Part shown: positions 23,837 through 36,666 of the stretch, in pieces
Position numbering within the stretch: the first letter of the stretch is position 1
Layout: each line of letters opens with the position of its first letter
Assembly: GCA_965644295.1 (NCBI GenBank)
Contig: CBFFRP010000127.1
Coordinates: 62,001 to 126,000, forward strand
Direction of reading: 5' to 3'
DNA: 64,000 bases
Source: Paraphysomonas bandaiensis
Taxonomy: Eukaryota; Protista; Chrysophyceae
Position numbers and translations under genes: made by a program
Notes under the pieces: generated by a model
Database searches by the model: none
What the model was told of the DNA's origin: nothing
What the model saw: only the letters and a program-made list of their open reading frames with translations

Positions 23837-26639
23837 ATGCAGGCGGAGAGACAGGCCCGTATGGGCAGACGACAGCCAATGAGTCTTCAGATCTTATCTG
23901 CGGCGGAATTACTGGAATTAGAGAACGCTACAAGAGAGCGCCACTTCATTGATCACATTCGAGTCTTTATCCCGCTATTGCTATGGCTAGTGGATGAATA
24001 ACATCATGTGTTTGCTCATGTTGCATGTGTAGGGTGCTGTGGATGATGGTCGGGACTTGCTTCTACGCGGTGCATTCAGACTATGGATGGGCAAAAGGAC
24101 TGTACATGAGTGTTAATATTGGTATATATAATCTATAAATGCATTATGCGTCTATCTTATGTTGATGAACAGGGTGGGGTCTAAATTGGCCACTTGATGA
24201 GTCGTTTTATCAAGACGGATCATATAACACGCCGTCGTTTCGGTTGTATTCCCTCTTCCATACAGCCGCAGGGACTGTATTTTTAGGTGCATCCACCATA
24301 TATATTGCTCAGGTAATGACGGGTAGCAAAGACAATTGGATCAATAGGACAAGGGCGGATACAGGTGACTCTTGGTTGTCCCACTTGTCTGCACGCCTCC
24401 CGCATTATAGAGCCATCATGTTGCTAATTGTGTGGTTTTTCCTTGGAGTTGTATGGTTTTGGGCTCTACAAGATTGGGATATATTAAGTTCTATTGACTT
24501 CGTAATATCTACTCTTACGGGTGGTGGATACCGAAGCATAGTATTTTCTTCACCGAATTGGCAGTACGCGATGGCAGCATTGTACACTACAGCGGGCGTC
24601 CCACTCATGGCGATTACCATCGGACTCTCGGTTAGTGTTTTCTTTGAGCCTACTAATGATGACCTCATTAGCAAACTTATTGCTGATATAACGCAAGAGG
24701 AGCTTAGTTTCATGGAAGAATATGGGGTGATTGACGGTGACGGTGAGGTAGATAGGTCTGAGTTCATCATTCTTATGACCGTAAGGATTGGAAAAGCGTC
24801 TCCCGATCTCATCGGAACTATAAATGATCGTTTCAGAGAACTGGATCGAAGGCATATGAAACGAATTCCCTACGACGACATAATAGCTGGGCGCCGACAG
24901 GTGACTCCAGCAATGCGGAAACTCGCGTTTGCACGAGGATTGAGTTCCATCAACCTCAACTCATTTGCTGATGTGGTGTCTGGTTCACTCTCTCCCCGTC
25001 AACTTGTATCTTCGGGTTCGTTTTTAAGCTCTCGTTGTAGTGTAGACAGCATTGTAGAAGAGACAAGTGCAGCTGAAACTAATATGGATGGCGTTCCTTC
25101 CGCTCCTAACGAAGGGTGTGTATGTGCCAATTCTGGGGATGTGGAATTGGAAGTTGTTCAGCAAGACATTTCCGTGTCAAGCCCAAATACAAGTAATCAC
25201 ACTGCCGGAATTAAGCTCGAGATAGAAATCCCTGAGGTTGAAGATGACTCTCATTCATCCAGAAGTACAGGCTCTTCTCAAGATGAACATAGTACTGTGG
25301 AGTGTGGAAGTAGGAGCGACGATAAGGTCCAAGAGATGAAAACTGCATTCAGATCACGTCGTGGTCAAGCTAAATCACTACACTCCATCATTGGGAATCT
25401 TAGGGATACACCCATTGCCTCATCACGGAGAGGCAGTGTGTATGCTCCGTCTCCACTTTACGCCCCATCTCCAATGCTCCTGCGTACTCTCTCTTCAACT
25501 CTTAAGATAGAGGATCAGGACACTTTGTCCCCATCAGGCAGTGATATGGCTGTTGTTGGCGACAGATTGCTTTGTATGTCGCATGCATTTCGCTCCTTTC
25601 ACCCGTATGTGAAGATATTTATTTCATGGTACATTATATACTTGTATATATTGTTTCTGGTGGCTGACGGTTTTCAGGGTACTCTGGGTCCTCATTGGGA
25701 CATTATTCTACTCTCTGTATGACGCTACTGGAAGTGGAAGTAGAATATCCCCTGCAAGAGGCTTTTACATATCCACTAGTGTTGGTGTGGGTATGTTTTG
25801 GATGAGAGGCGAGAACAGCCTTGAATACGATGCAGTGGTAAAGGTTTTCACATTGGCTCACATGTTGCTGGGAGCTGTAGCGGTGGGAGTCGTTCGTGCT
25901 GCTGTAGCCAATGAGCTCGCAGAGTCGAAATCAAACTGGTATTTTGCTGAAATGAGCATTGTGTATATGTGTAATAGAAATAATTGCTAGGTATAAAGAC
26001 GTGTTACGTAAAAAGAAATTAGCTGCCTGCGCTAAATCGTCAAGCGTGTGGGATTACGCAGTCGAATTGTGTAAGTATTACGGCCCCAAGGAGAAGGCTC
26101 ACATAGCGTTCTTGTCCTTTTGCGCAGTTGGGGTGGGATGGTGTTGTGGCCGATTTGATTTCTACTTTCTCCGAGCACTGTTTTTTAGCTTTTCTTCCAT
26201 GACAGGTGGAGGTCTTCAGCCAGTACCGCTTGACGCGAAGGACTGGGAATATGCAGTAGTTGGACTATATGTTGCATGTGGAACACCAATAGCGGCTGTA
26301 TCGTTGAGTCTTTTGGCTCAAACCATAGCATCTACAGGAGCAAAAATGAATTTAACTGATATTATGAATACGCTCATTACCGAAAAAGAACTCGAAATGA
26401 TGAGATCATTTGAAATTGAAAATGGCGATGGCTACATTACAATGAGTGAGTTTGCTGTCTTAATGCTTGTACGAATGGATGCCATAAGTACGGATATGAT
26501 AAAGGTTATTAATGAGTGGTACCATGGGCTTGATCCGGGAGATGCCGGAGGAATATCATATGATAAGCTGACCCGATCTCATGTTGTCACCGGTCGCTCG
26601 TGGAGGAAGAAAGTCGCAGCTGTAATTGGGCGTGGGTAA
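23837..26639 (+). CDS. Tandem TPK/K2P-like ion channel: 2 x (4TM/2P + EF-hand pair)
   Basis: Pore-like segments SVNIGWG, TLTGGGY, STSVGVG and SMTGGGL; EF loops DGDGEVDRSE and NGDGYITMSE. Four introns, including 23986-24032 (GC-AG) and 25629-25677. Confidence 0.8.
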
Positions 26640-27429
26640 GATAGTCGTCGTATGGTTCCGGTGGCCTTCGTATTTACGCAGTAAATACCATAGCTTTACC
26701 GGCGGTTGAGTTCAAATTACTTCCCGAAATTGTATATATATCCCTGGTACATTAACAGATCAGTAGTCGTGATGGCTTTTGTGATGTTGATGATCAGTAA
26801 TTTATCAGTGCAGAAAGCACTGTTTTTATGTGACATCGCTTCAGTGATTTCTGTCAATACTGTAAATTATATTAATTGAAAGGATCTTTTTTTGTTTGTA
26901 AGTGCGTAACCAGCAAACCCATCAACGTTTTTGATAAAAATATATAAAATATGGGGGTCGAATTTGAATCTGATGTCGGATGAATATGATGTAAAAAGTG
27001 TGTGGTTCAAAAAAATCTACTCAATTCTTGAAAGTGAGTTACTGTGTTTCAAAGTCCAAAGCTGGTGTTTAACTACAGTGTATTGTCCTATATGTCAACA
27101 AAACAACAATTACACATCAGATGATGGCAGTCAACTAATTACGAAACGCAAAGATAGTACTACCTATATACTATATATAGGTTATGTTAAATTGGGAAAT
27201 TGTTGCCCAGCCCTATAACAGTAAGACACGTATATTGATGGAATATACATATTAGGACGATGATAAGGTTGTGTTGTTGTATGGTGATTTTGGGGAACAC
27301 AACAATAACCAACATGAATATTTCTCTCTACAAGTCGTGTTTTTAATTGCTACTGTATTTTCAGTTTCTTTACATAATTTATTCCTTTTCCTGTTGTTGT
27401 AGTTTTTTGTAGATTCTGTATTTCATTGA

Positions 27430-27515
27430 TACACAGAATTCAGGATAGCTACTAGTTAGCAATATCATCAACATACTACAAGTACATACTTGAAGTAGGT
27501 TGGATTTAATAAATA
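27430..27515 (-). repeat. Degenerate dispersed repeat (family 3), matches 40812-40890
   Basis: Minus strand CTAGTAGCTATCCTGAATTCTGTGTA vs CTAGCAGCTATCCTGTATTCTGTGTA, plus upstream TATTTATTAA..ACTTGTAGT. Confidence 0.7.
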
Positions 27516-28343
27516 GAGAAAAGATCATATGAATTCGTTCATAGCGTAACAATGTAATCGTGGCATTTACACAACCGAGTAATTTATTACACAAATACTT
27601 AAAAATCTAATAAGATACAGAATCACATAACAATAAAATGGCAGTCCGAGGTAGACCTGGTTTTCCCGCCTTAAATTTTAAAAGGTTAACTGGTCCAAGC
27701 AAATAATATCTTCATAGATAGTATCTTTGTGTTACTTTTTCCTGTATCACCTTCGTTTCGTTCTGCGCAGTGTAAAAAGGGTGCTCATAAGTCTCTCTCG
27801 AAGATCAAGTTAGTATCTTGATCTTTACCGTGGGTAGCTGCTGGCAGGTGTTGAACTTGATGAATACTTTTAGCGTGCATACGAGAGGGTGGTCTAATAT
27901 AATAATATATATGTATATATATAGTATAAAAGCTACGTCTGACTGTTCAGTGTTATAAAACCTTCTCGACGTATACTACAGTTATGTTGTTTATGGCATG
28001 CATCAAGGTCTGATGCACAGTTCTTCGCAGATATAGGCATCCTTGAAACACTTTAAATGGAATATGTAGACTGAGTCCCAAGTAAGTGCACAAGCGTGAT
28101 AAAAAGTTGGGGCAATATACCTAACCTGATAAAATTGACTTTTATACCAGGTTTCATTAAAGATTATTTTATTGTAGTGTGTATCTCAGTAGTAGGGTTC
28201 ACAATAAAAAAAAATCACAACTAAATCTATTGAAAATTAGGTCGTGTAAGATATGGCGCACTTTTTCACGTATGGACGCTTTTATTTACTCACACTTATG
28301 GCTAATATACATATTAAAAATATTTATTTCTCTGTGTTATATT

Positions 28344-28613
28344 GAAAGTCTTATTATTAGCAATAGGCGTTAAAAACCTGCACCAACTTTTAGTAGCTAG
28401 ATGAATGCTAGACAAACTAGTTAGACCTCTACCTGTAACTAATCAGTACACACTTTTTTTATCCTACTATATTTAGCGCTACGAAAGATGCTTGTGCGTC
28501 GTCGCAAGCACCAAGGTGCGACCACTTTCGCTCTGAGTTCTTATAAGGTGAACATCCCGGATGTTTGACTTCAGCAGGCAGCCCAATACCCCGGTTACCC
28601 TTCAGGTGGGCCC
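28344..28613 (-). mobile_element. RIME/SIDER-like retroposon, copy 4 (5'-truncated, tail type B)
   Basis: Colinear with the reverse complement of about 20906-21174. Confidence 0.88.
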
Positions 28614-28749
28614 AGTCATCTCTTCCTTCATTCTGGCTTTATGTTTGTTTTCTGACACAAAGCGAGCAAACTGGCATTTCTTGATGAAAGATCTAAAGAC
28701 GTTTAAGAATGCCAGTTTGCTCTAATCCGTCAGCAATTACGACAAAAGT

Positions 28750-28990
28750 GCACGAACTGATTCTGGACAGCGCCAAGGTCACTAAGAGAGCTCGACTTGG
28801 TACCTATGAGTCCAGCTACCGCTGCTTGCTTCATATCAAAGCACAATCTAATATCTAATGTTGTTGAGAGGCTCTGTAGTCGTGCAAAGTTGATTATATG
28901 ACACCTGGGCGTAGATGCATGAACCCTTCTTGTCTAGAATCGTTGCTATTCCTACGAGCCAATTACATCTTGTGGGATGAAGCCCTGCAA
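28750..28990 (+). pseudogene. hAT transposase C-terminal dimerisation domain relic
   Basis: With two frameshifts it reads YRCLLHIKAQSNVVERLCSRAKLI/MTPGRRCMNPSCLESLLFLRANYILWD, matching the hAT SxxxERxFS..R..L.P..LE.LLFL.xN pattern. Confidence 0.8.
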
Positions 28991-29052
28991 GAAGCAAGAA
29001 GATCCTGATGTGTCAGTGGAGAGCGAGAAGTATTGCTTTACGACTCGTAGTC

Positions 29053-29132
29053 ATAATCATTCAGTGGATTCTTCTAGCCACTAATTAGTGCAGGTTTTCA
29101 ACGCCTATTGCTAAATAATAAGACATTCAATA
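29053..29132 (+). mobile_element. RIME/SIDER-like retroposon, copy 5 (80 bp, severely 5'-truncated)
   Basis: Tail GTGCAGGTTTTCAACGCCTATTGCTAAATAATAAGACATTC, flanked by ACGACTCGTAGTC (29040-29052) and ACGATTCGTAGTC (29133-29145), 12/13 identical. Confidence 0.85.
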
Positions 29133-29729
29133 ACGATTCGTAGTCTGCTATTACACTAAATTAATTAGTAATCAAGTGCAAAATTCATACTTTCTCTCGA
29201 CATTTCTTTCGTGAATAGTTTTCAACTATCAGTATAATATATTTGACAGGAGAGGTTTGCTTACGGATAAATTTTCAATTTATTATGAAAACCTTTAAAA
29301 TATACAAAAAACCAATTAAACCACCAATAACTGGGTCAATACAGCATATCAATATGCGAGGATCACTAGTAGTTTGGGATACTCATTTACTACTAGTACG
29401 CTCTGATATAAAACGAAGCATCAATACACATATACTCGAACATAGCCTAAGCTTTCGTTAGAATAAGAAGATAGATGTTCCGCATCTATCGGAACAAAAT
29501 TAATGTACTCCGCAAGCCGCATATATATATACTTGAGGTCACCTGTATCAGGCAACCTATAAATAAAAAATGGTATAGTATTTGTAAATTGGAACAGTGA
29601 ACTAAAGAATAACTGACTCATGAATACGGTGGTACAGCAGCTGGTGGACAGACTACAATGATATATTGAAGTCTCCTCACAAGATTTCTCGGCTCCACAT
29701 ACGCTCAAGGCACAATGACTTCATGGTGC

Positions 29730-31337
29730 CTAATATATCGACTCATAAGGTCGATGACACTGCGGTGCGACAGTAACGCGAGGGTGCGCTTTCTCCAAAG
29801 TAGAGCCTACACGCGTCATCATCATTGCGTTGTGGGGAGAGAGATCCCACCGCTCCATCGCCATCGCAGTAGATGTCGGCGAGTCAGCAAGAGTCCGAGA
29901 AACCCTTCGCGGAGGAGACCGAACTGAATGATCCCCTGGAATTCGAAAGACCCTTGGGTAGTCAGCATCCACAGTACATTCTGCAGAAATTAAATAATAA
30001 GATATTGAAAATAACCGTAGAATCCATACAGCTTACTCACCACGATCAGCAGATTGGAGCACAAACCCGTCAGCTGTCTCCCAATCATCCAGCCCATACG
30101 AAACTGGACTGGATGCCATAGTGTGTGGATTCGAGGTAGGTGGGGTGCTAAACTCGTCAAGGAAGGATGATGCGGACGACGATGTTGTGGACGCAGAAGA
30201 TCTTGACAGTCTCCTAATAGCTATGGAGGAAAGCTCAGATTCCTCCAACAGACGATCATGAACAGTAGAGAGGTTCACGAACACGGCAAGGCGAGACCCA
30301 CTGCTATGCTTGTTGCGAGTGTTAAACGGATCATCGTATGATGTGGTGGAGTCGGAAAGATGAGTTTCGCGAGACTTGTTCTTGCGATTTACTGTGGTGT
30401 TGTCAGTGCGAACAGATGCTGCAGCGACTGTGCAGAAATCAACAAAGTGGTTCCACCTGAATGAAAACTATGAACAAGGCATACTGAATACAGGGGTATA
30501 AAAACTCGGAGTAGGCTAACAAAACCAATTTAGTCTAGCTGCTAGATACGAATACTTACAGGCTGTACATTGCTTCGGAATCACTATAACACCCAGTCGG
30601 AGTCGTGGCAGCAGGAACAGTGTACCTGCTGTAAACAGATCCCTTCCCGTGAGTAGTACGCGGGATTGTGGGCCAGTAGAAGCTATCTTGCGACTCCTTA
30701 TCCTCCTTGTTTTTCTTCTGTACAGAAGTCAGAGGGTATTGACGAAAACATGGGTACCTACCCTTGTCTTGCTCTTTGCAGTGGGGTGCATAAGTCGCGG
30801 ATCATGGATGTATATACCTGCCCATATACATAAGGAAAACATAACCAGGTCGTAAATATCTTACATCTATCGCGGTATGGGCACCAACCAACAGAGATGA
30901 AAGTCCTGTGTAATGGAAATTTGTATTAGAATAGGCAATCTAGAGAGGTATAAGTACGTACTTGCATGGCAGTTGGCGAGTTTTATCATTATTATCATCT
31001 GGACACATTGATGACACAGCACAATGACTTCTACCACGCCTGTCCATATCAAAAGGGACACTGCCTACTGATAGTGACGTTAGAGTCGAAGGGAATGAAG
31101 TTAAGTCAAGTGTGTACCTGGACGGGACGTGGAAGTGGAGAGAGAGAAGGCCTTATTCATAGAGGGCTGTCTCATTGCAGTCATATCAGTTCTCTGCGAT
31201 ACTCATTAGAAGCGACATACAGCATTGAAAGGCTGTACCTGATAAGGGTAAGAGAGGGAAGGAGCAACTCCTCGGTCCAAGGGTGCTCTCTCTACACGCA
31301 TATCCCGGTAGTGGTCGTGACTTATCTGGGCAAGCAT
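29730..31337 (-). CDS. CCCH zinc finger RNA-binding protein (single finger, TTP/ZFP36-like spacing)
   Basis: Spliced KTRQLPCK|TFISVGWCPYRDR|CIYIHDPR (C-x8-C-x5-C-x3-H), with a 41-nt exon at 30865-30905. Ser-rich C-terminus from ORFs 30033 and 29730. Confidence 0.8.
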
Positions 31338-31454
31338 TGCTACTACTAACTCTTCTTATCGTCTCTTTAACAGAGCAATACAATAACTATGTATATTGGT
31401 GTAATTATGATGAGGCTGTGGCGTCATTAACCCCAAGGGCGGGTGTCGTTAGCT

Positions 31455-31521
31455 GTTCCAATGGTCGTATGTCTAAAGTCATTGGATTCCTTTATTAGCC
31501 AATCACAGCTTATCACGTGCG
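31455..31521. promoter_or_regulatory. CCAAT boxes and CACGTG E-box in a divergent promoter
   Basis: TCCAATGG, ATTGG, AGCCAATCAC and TCACGTG cluster within about 65 bp between the divergent CCCH and MGACGS genes. Confidence 0.45.
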
Positions 31522-31994
31522 ACTTTATTAGGGCTGTCCTCATGTAAGTACGCACGACACGTATATGTATCTTTGCACCTACACGTCATCCACATTCTAA
31601 CATTCCCACATCAGGAGCAGCATACACAATTCCAACCACCAATTCTTTGGTGGATGCTGTATACAGCAGTATACAGTCTATGTAGTCTAAACAATGTCAT
31701 ACGAAGTAGTACCGAAAGTACGATGGACATAGCAGCGACCACCACATCACTGGCAAAGGGAATTCTGGGGAATAGTGGTTTATTTTTGCTGGCGTCGCTG
31801 ATTTCGATCAGTGTCAGAGTTTCCATTTCGATTTAAACCCATCTACAGTTAGCGTATCACCCTTGCAGATATATCTAGCATTTAGTCCGTATACTTCAGA
31901 GTTTTTTAAATAAAATTCTTTGTATATTGTGGAACCAGGGAATGCCGTCTGTGCGCAGCAAATTTTATTGATAAAGCGTTTATTATTATCACTT

Positions 31995-32912
31995 ATGGGA
32001 GCCTGTGGTAGTACCGGAACGAAGCTCTATCTTCACGGCGGGGTCGTGGGCGAGGATGATGTTTACCCGACCCCTATTCCGTCTCCAAAGAGTTCGAAAT
32101 CTGTCAAACGCGTGAGTGATAGATCGACGCGATCGATGTGTGCAGACAGTCTCATGGATTCCACCCCTGAAAATACAAGTCAGCGTGTGGTCACACCTCG
32201 CTTAACATCCTGCAAAGATTCTCAGCAGGAAAGTAGTGGTGAAGAACAATGTACAACCACGAGGACCGTCCCTGTTCCGATGACTCCTTTGCAAATGCTT
32301 AGCAGAGGCAGTTCTCACTCCGATGACGGTGCACCAGAATCCAATGTAGACATTGCTCTCGATCATGGTTGCGATAATAAAGATTCACGCAGTGTGAGCG
32401 TTGCCTATAGCAGTATCTACAATAGCGATGCCACAGTAATTTCACGCGAGGGCGGCTGTCAATCAGTTACCAGTCTATCTCGTGTTCCCATCAACATTTC
32501 CCCCCCTCGGTCACGTCACAATAGTATCTCAAATTTGTTACCGTCGCATAATACGTCACCGATAATTTCGAGAGTCAACAGTCGGACGGTGCCCTCCATG
32601 GACTCTCGTGATGATGATGATACACGGGGAGATTATTCTAGCGGCTCGCCAAATATTTCAAATATTTCAAGCCTCACATCTTGTTCCACGTCCCCTTCCC
32701 CGAAACTATCTTTCTCGTTGTCCGTTCAAAACTCTAGATCAGGAGATTCCCATGATTACTTACAAGTAGATAGAGACTTTCTACGCACTATTTCGTATCA
32801 CACTATGCCTAATCAGCGCCCCCTCAAGGTTATACCTTGGAACGATGGGGACAGCAGTCTAGACACTGTGCATGCTAGCGTCAATTGGATAGATGATAAT
32901 ATGACTCTGTAA
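31995..32912 (+). CDS. Ser-rich disordered protein with N-myristoylation/palmitoylation motif
   Basis: The first ATG gives MGACGSTGTK (G2, C4, S6). Single-exon ORF. Confidence 0.7.
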   Translation: MGACGSTGTKLYLHGGVVGEDDVYPTPIPSPKSSKSVKRVSDRSTRSMCADSLMDSTPENTSQRVVTPRLTSCKDSQQESSGEEQCTTTRTVPVPMTPLQMLSRGSSHSDDGAPESNVDIALDHGCDNKDSRSVSVAYSSIYNSDATVISREGGCQSVTSLSRVPINISPPRSRHNSISNLLPSHNTSPIISRVNSRTVPSMDSRDDDDTRGDYSSGSPNISNISSLTSCSTSPSPKLSFSLSVQNSRSGDSHDYLQVDRDFLRTISYHTMPNQRPLKVIPWNDGDSSLDTVHASVNWIDDNMTL

Positions 32913-34310
32913 GTGTGATGTGGCTGTGTATTATGTGTACTAGTGTTGCTCACTGTTCACATGGAGTGTTCTATACGTGTTTCCTCCTTTTTGTTACATC
33001 TTCGTTTGTACCTCTCAATTGTAGAGGCTGTCTCCTCTGCATGGAGTCACTTTTATAAAGTTTTTTTGGTGATCACCGGAGAAGTACATTAGTAATAAGT
33101 ATAATACAACTTCTAGAAGTGCGAACGGTAAATGGAATGTGCTTGCAATTATTTCCGAAATGTATGCGGTTATCAAGTGTATGCAAATAGCCACATGTAC
33201 TTTCAGTCACATTCTTGGGGAAGTAGTGTAGGGTACAGGAATATAGGAACATACACTTAATAGATTTTGTTATCAGGACTGCACGTACTATTTGGTTGAT
33301 TTCATACTACTAATTTAATTCACTGGTATTGAGGTTCGTAATTAAATTGATTCTGCGAATTTACCGATTAAATGATTGCTATTATTATGGTGTACAAGTT
33401 TCACGCGTATATATAAAGAAAGGTATAGAGTTTTAAACAAAACAAAATCAAGCAGCTGCAGCAAAATACAGGTGAATATTCACTGTAACGCGTGAGTTCT
33501 GGTCAAATGTCCCCTTATTCCAGAGGGCATATTTTAGAAGTACAGGCAAAACTATTTTAAATGCCTTGGTTCATAGTTCATACTCTTCCATTGACCATTC
33601 TCGAGCAGACGTTGTGCACGGAGGCGATTAGAAGCTTCCAATCAATGGTCCTTTAATTGTAGTAACTGATGTATGCGATAATAACTACAAGTATGGTTGA
33701 TTACATACTACTCCAATTAAAGATCTTGTATAATCTCAATTTCAAAACTCTTGTACTCATCATCGCACCAAGGCTTCCCAATAAGCTGTAGAACTTTTAT
33801 AAAATAAGGTCTTGTTCATCCCAGAAGTCATGGTTTGGTACACAAGCTAGAGTAACTTTCGAACTCCTTGTCACAACACCACACTGTGTCCGAGGATTCG
33901 GTGGGTGAGCCTGAACACTCCATGTAGGCATCGCAGATGCTGGACCTTGGGGTGAACTTATTCGACCCGAAAACTAGATAGTCAAGATGACCGATGCCAC
34001 GGACATGTACAGTATATATATATATCTGGATGTGCTGTTGGCGGTGTCTGACAGTCGTGAGGCGAAGAAAGATCGCGGCGAAGATCACAGAGCAGCATAT
34101 GGAGATCGATCTGCTGATGATGGTTTCGGGCTGTCCAGTGGTATGATACGTGTATCAGTTTCATGGCAGTAGGGGGTGTATGTATACGGTGTATTATGTA
34201 TGTACCATTCGACAGCAGCACTGATGAAGCATCTCAAGTTGTCTGTTATACTCTGCGGAACTGTGACTTACTCATCATTGTTCAGACTCTAAAATATATA
34301 CAACGAGAAA

Positions 34311-35148
34311 ATGGATGCGTTTATGATGGGACAAGAGGAAGAAGAGCCTATTCCAATCACTCCGCAGGAGGAAAAAGAGTTGCGGCGTGTATTCGAGATG
34401 CTCTGTGACTATAAAAAGAAATTAACGATAAAGGATCAGATCAGAGAAATACAGGCCAATTCATACATGGCCAAAATACAAGCCCAGATGGATTCTCGTG
34501 TGACTCCAAATTATAAGGAACTCGAGGAAGCAGAAAGCGACGCACAAAATCAAATTGACAAGCTGCATCATGACTATAATCAGCTAGAGAATAACCCAGA
34601 CAAAAAGATATCATGTAATGATGTACTAGAGATGCTTAAGAAGCTGAAGGTGAAGACTAATAAAAGAGAGGTACAGGAAATGATATGGGAGGTTGATGAC
34701 GATTTGGATGGATGTCTTGATTGGGCGGAGTTCAGACTTATGTTCACTCGAAATATAATGGATAACTGTGGCCTGGAACCGAGTAAAATGTTCAACTTAG
34801 CCCAGTTTTTAATATACGACCACAATTGCAATGGTCGTGTGTCAGTGGACGAGACAATGAATATGCTTTACGCGAGGTATATATTCGTTAACTATGTTCA
34901 AGTTGTAGACTTAGTGTGATTGTAGATACGGACGGATTAAAATGGAGACAAAATTGAAGGAGTTATTCGGAGAAAACATGCATGAGACAGGGAGAGAGGG
35001 AGGAGAAATTTCCTATCCAGAGTTTATTAAAGCCGTTGAGAAGGTTCAAGTGCACAGCTTCTGGAATACTACTCAAGGGCGAATTGCAGCATCGCATAGT
35101 AAAAAAGACCTACCTGACCTTCAAGCAACCCTGGCGTCAACGTTTTAG
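34311..35148 (+). CDS. EF-hand calcium-binding protein (calmodulin/centrin-like, with coiled-coil insert)
   Basis: EMIWEVDDDLDGCLDWAEF, DHNCNGRVSVDE and GEISYPEF motifs; one intron near 34877-34926. Confidence 0.85.
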
Positions 35149-35433
35149 AGTTTGCTTTGGATTTATTTATTGGTGTTGATGTATGATTTAATTTTTGGTA
35201 GCCATGTTGTCACTGCGGTAGCGTATATGTATTTGGCCAACGGAATCGGTGACAATACTTGAATCAGGAGAACGATAATGCCACCGCAACAATGGATGTA
35301 TTTAATATCATATTTATGCAAAACTGTTGTGACATATGCCCCACGCATAGTACTATATCTGTATTTAAAGATTCAAAGTGGATTCGATTTATAGGGGCCT
35401 AGTATATAGTATATGGGGGGATAGGGGCTAAGG

Positions 35434-35713
35434 AACGATAGCATCCCATCAATAATATTGCAAATCTTTTGTACCCGTCCCAACAATACGATTATAATAT
35501 ATTCCAATATAGTGATGTCATTAATCAGTAAATAAGCACATGCGTAGATCCCACTAGTCATTAAGATAAAGATTACATGCTAACTAATCTACTGCGCTGG
35601 CAAGTGGCAAGCAATACTACCTGCTGTCTAGCTAATCACAGGTTTCCTCATACTAATCCTCTGAGCTGTGACGTTACCAGAACTACATTCATTTTAAAAA
35701 ATTGAAATATGCA
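35434..35713 (+). repeat. Degenerate dispersed repeat (family 2), inverted match to 42471-42766
   Basis: Colinear blocks: GATARCRTYCCRTCAATAMTATTG, GCTGGCAAG, TAGCTAATCRCA..TTTCCTCATACT, GTGACGT and AATTGAAATATGCAT. Confidence 0.75.
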
Positions 35714-36268
35714 TACCACAAATGTACACAGATTACACGACTCAGGACAGGTGGTTTGGAGCAGTGGTACCCATGCATATGCAACTGTACTGATAAAGAA
35801 CTACGTTTAATACTTTTTTTGAATGGCCAATGTCGCTTCATCATCATGCTTCGACGAAGGTATATTTCTTGAAAGTTGGCTGTGTTCAATATATTCAAGG
35901 AGATAAAATACATATAGCTTTTTCTCAATGCTAGGCAAACATTGATATTACTTAAAACTTAACTGACATTATATGCAATATGCACTTGATTAATACTTGA
36001 AGTCATACACCATATATTAATCTATATGCGATATATGTTTATATTAACCATCCCCGTAAGCTTTAGGAAAAGAAAGTTATGTACATCTACAACGTGAAGA
36101 ATTTACAGTAGCTCATGTTTACAGTCCCAACAGAGAAAAATTCTCGTACGAGCAATAAATACCCTTCAAGTATAGTATGATAGCATTCACCTTCAGCACG
36201 GAGTAAAAGTCCGGTTATTATATTACTACTGCGCAACTCATATCCACATCACATGAAATTCAAAAGCA

Positions 36269-36666
36269 CTAGCAATCCAAGTAATTTGCAGCCATTAATA
36301 TCTCCAGGGCAATCTCAGGTTCAATGTCAAAGTTCGGTACTCTCTGACTACTATTTGTATAGCGGACCTAAAATAACAGTAAGAAATATTTTCGACTTGC
36401 GTAATATGCACCTTATAATACAAATATTGAATGACTTTCTCAAGAATTATGGCAGGAATTTCAGGGAAGCGAACTTCTCCACTGCTCTCCGCAAACTGGC
36501 CTGCATTGAGAATGGCGTTATATCACAACGAAAAATTCTTATACTTACCGGACAACATCGCTTTAATTGTCCCAGAAACCATTGCACACTTTTTGTTTAC
36601 AAAAAATTCGTGACCCTCCGCACTGATCACCTTAATCATATTAGCTTGATGCTGATCCTCATCCAT
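36269..36666 (-). CDS. ELOC: Elongin C (Skp1/POZ family), 3 exons; absent from the ORF track
   Basis: [39 protein letters not shown]|[30 protein letters not shown]|[32 protein letters not shown]. Introns 36501-36548 and 36368-36411. Confidence 0.96.

Noticed and set aside
28344-28613. Repeat family as IscB omegaRNA/HEARO or a Fanzor end (CTACG..CACC..GGTGC..CTCTG resemblance)
   Set aside because: No nuclease or Y1 transposase ORF is present. The 13-14 bp TSDs and one-sided truncation fit retroposition on the opposite strand.
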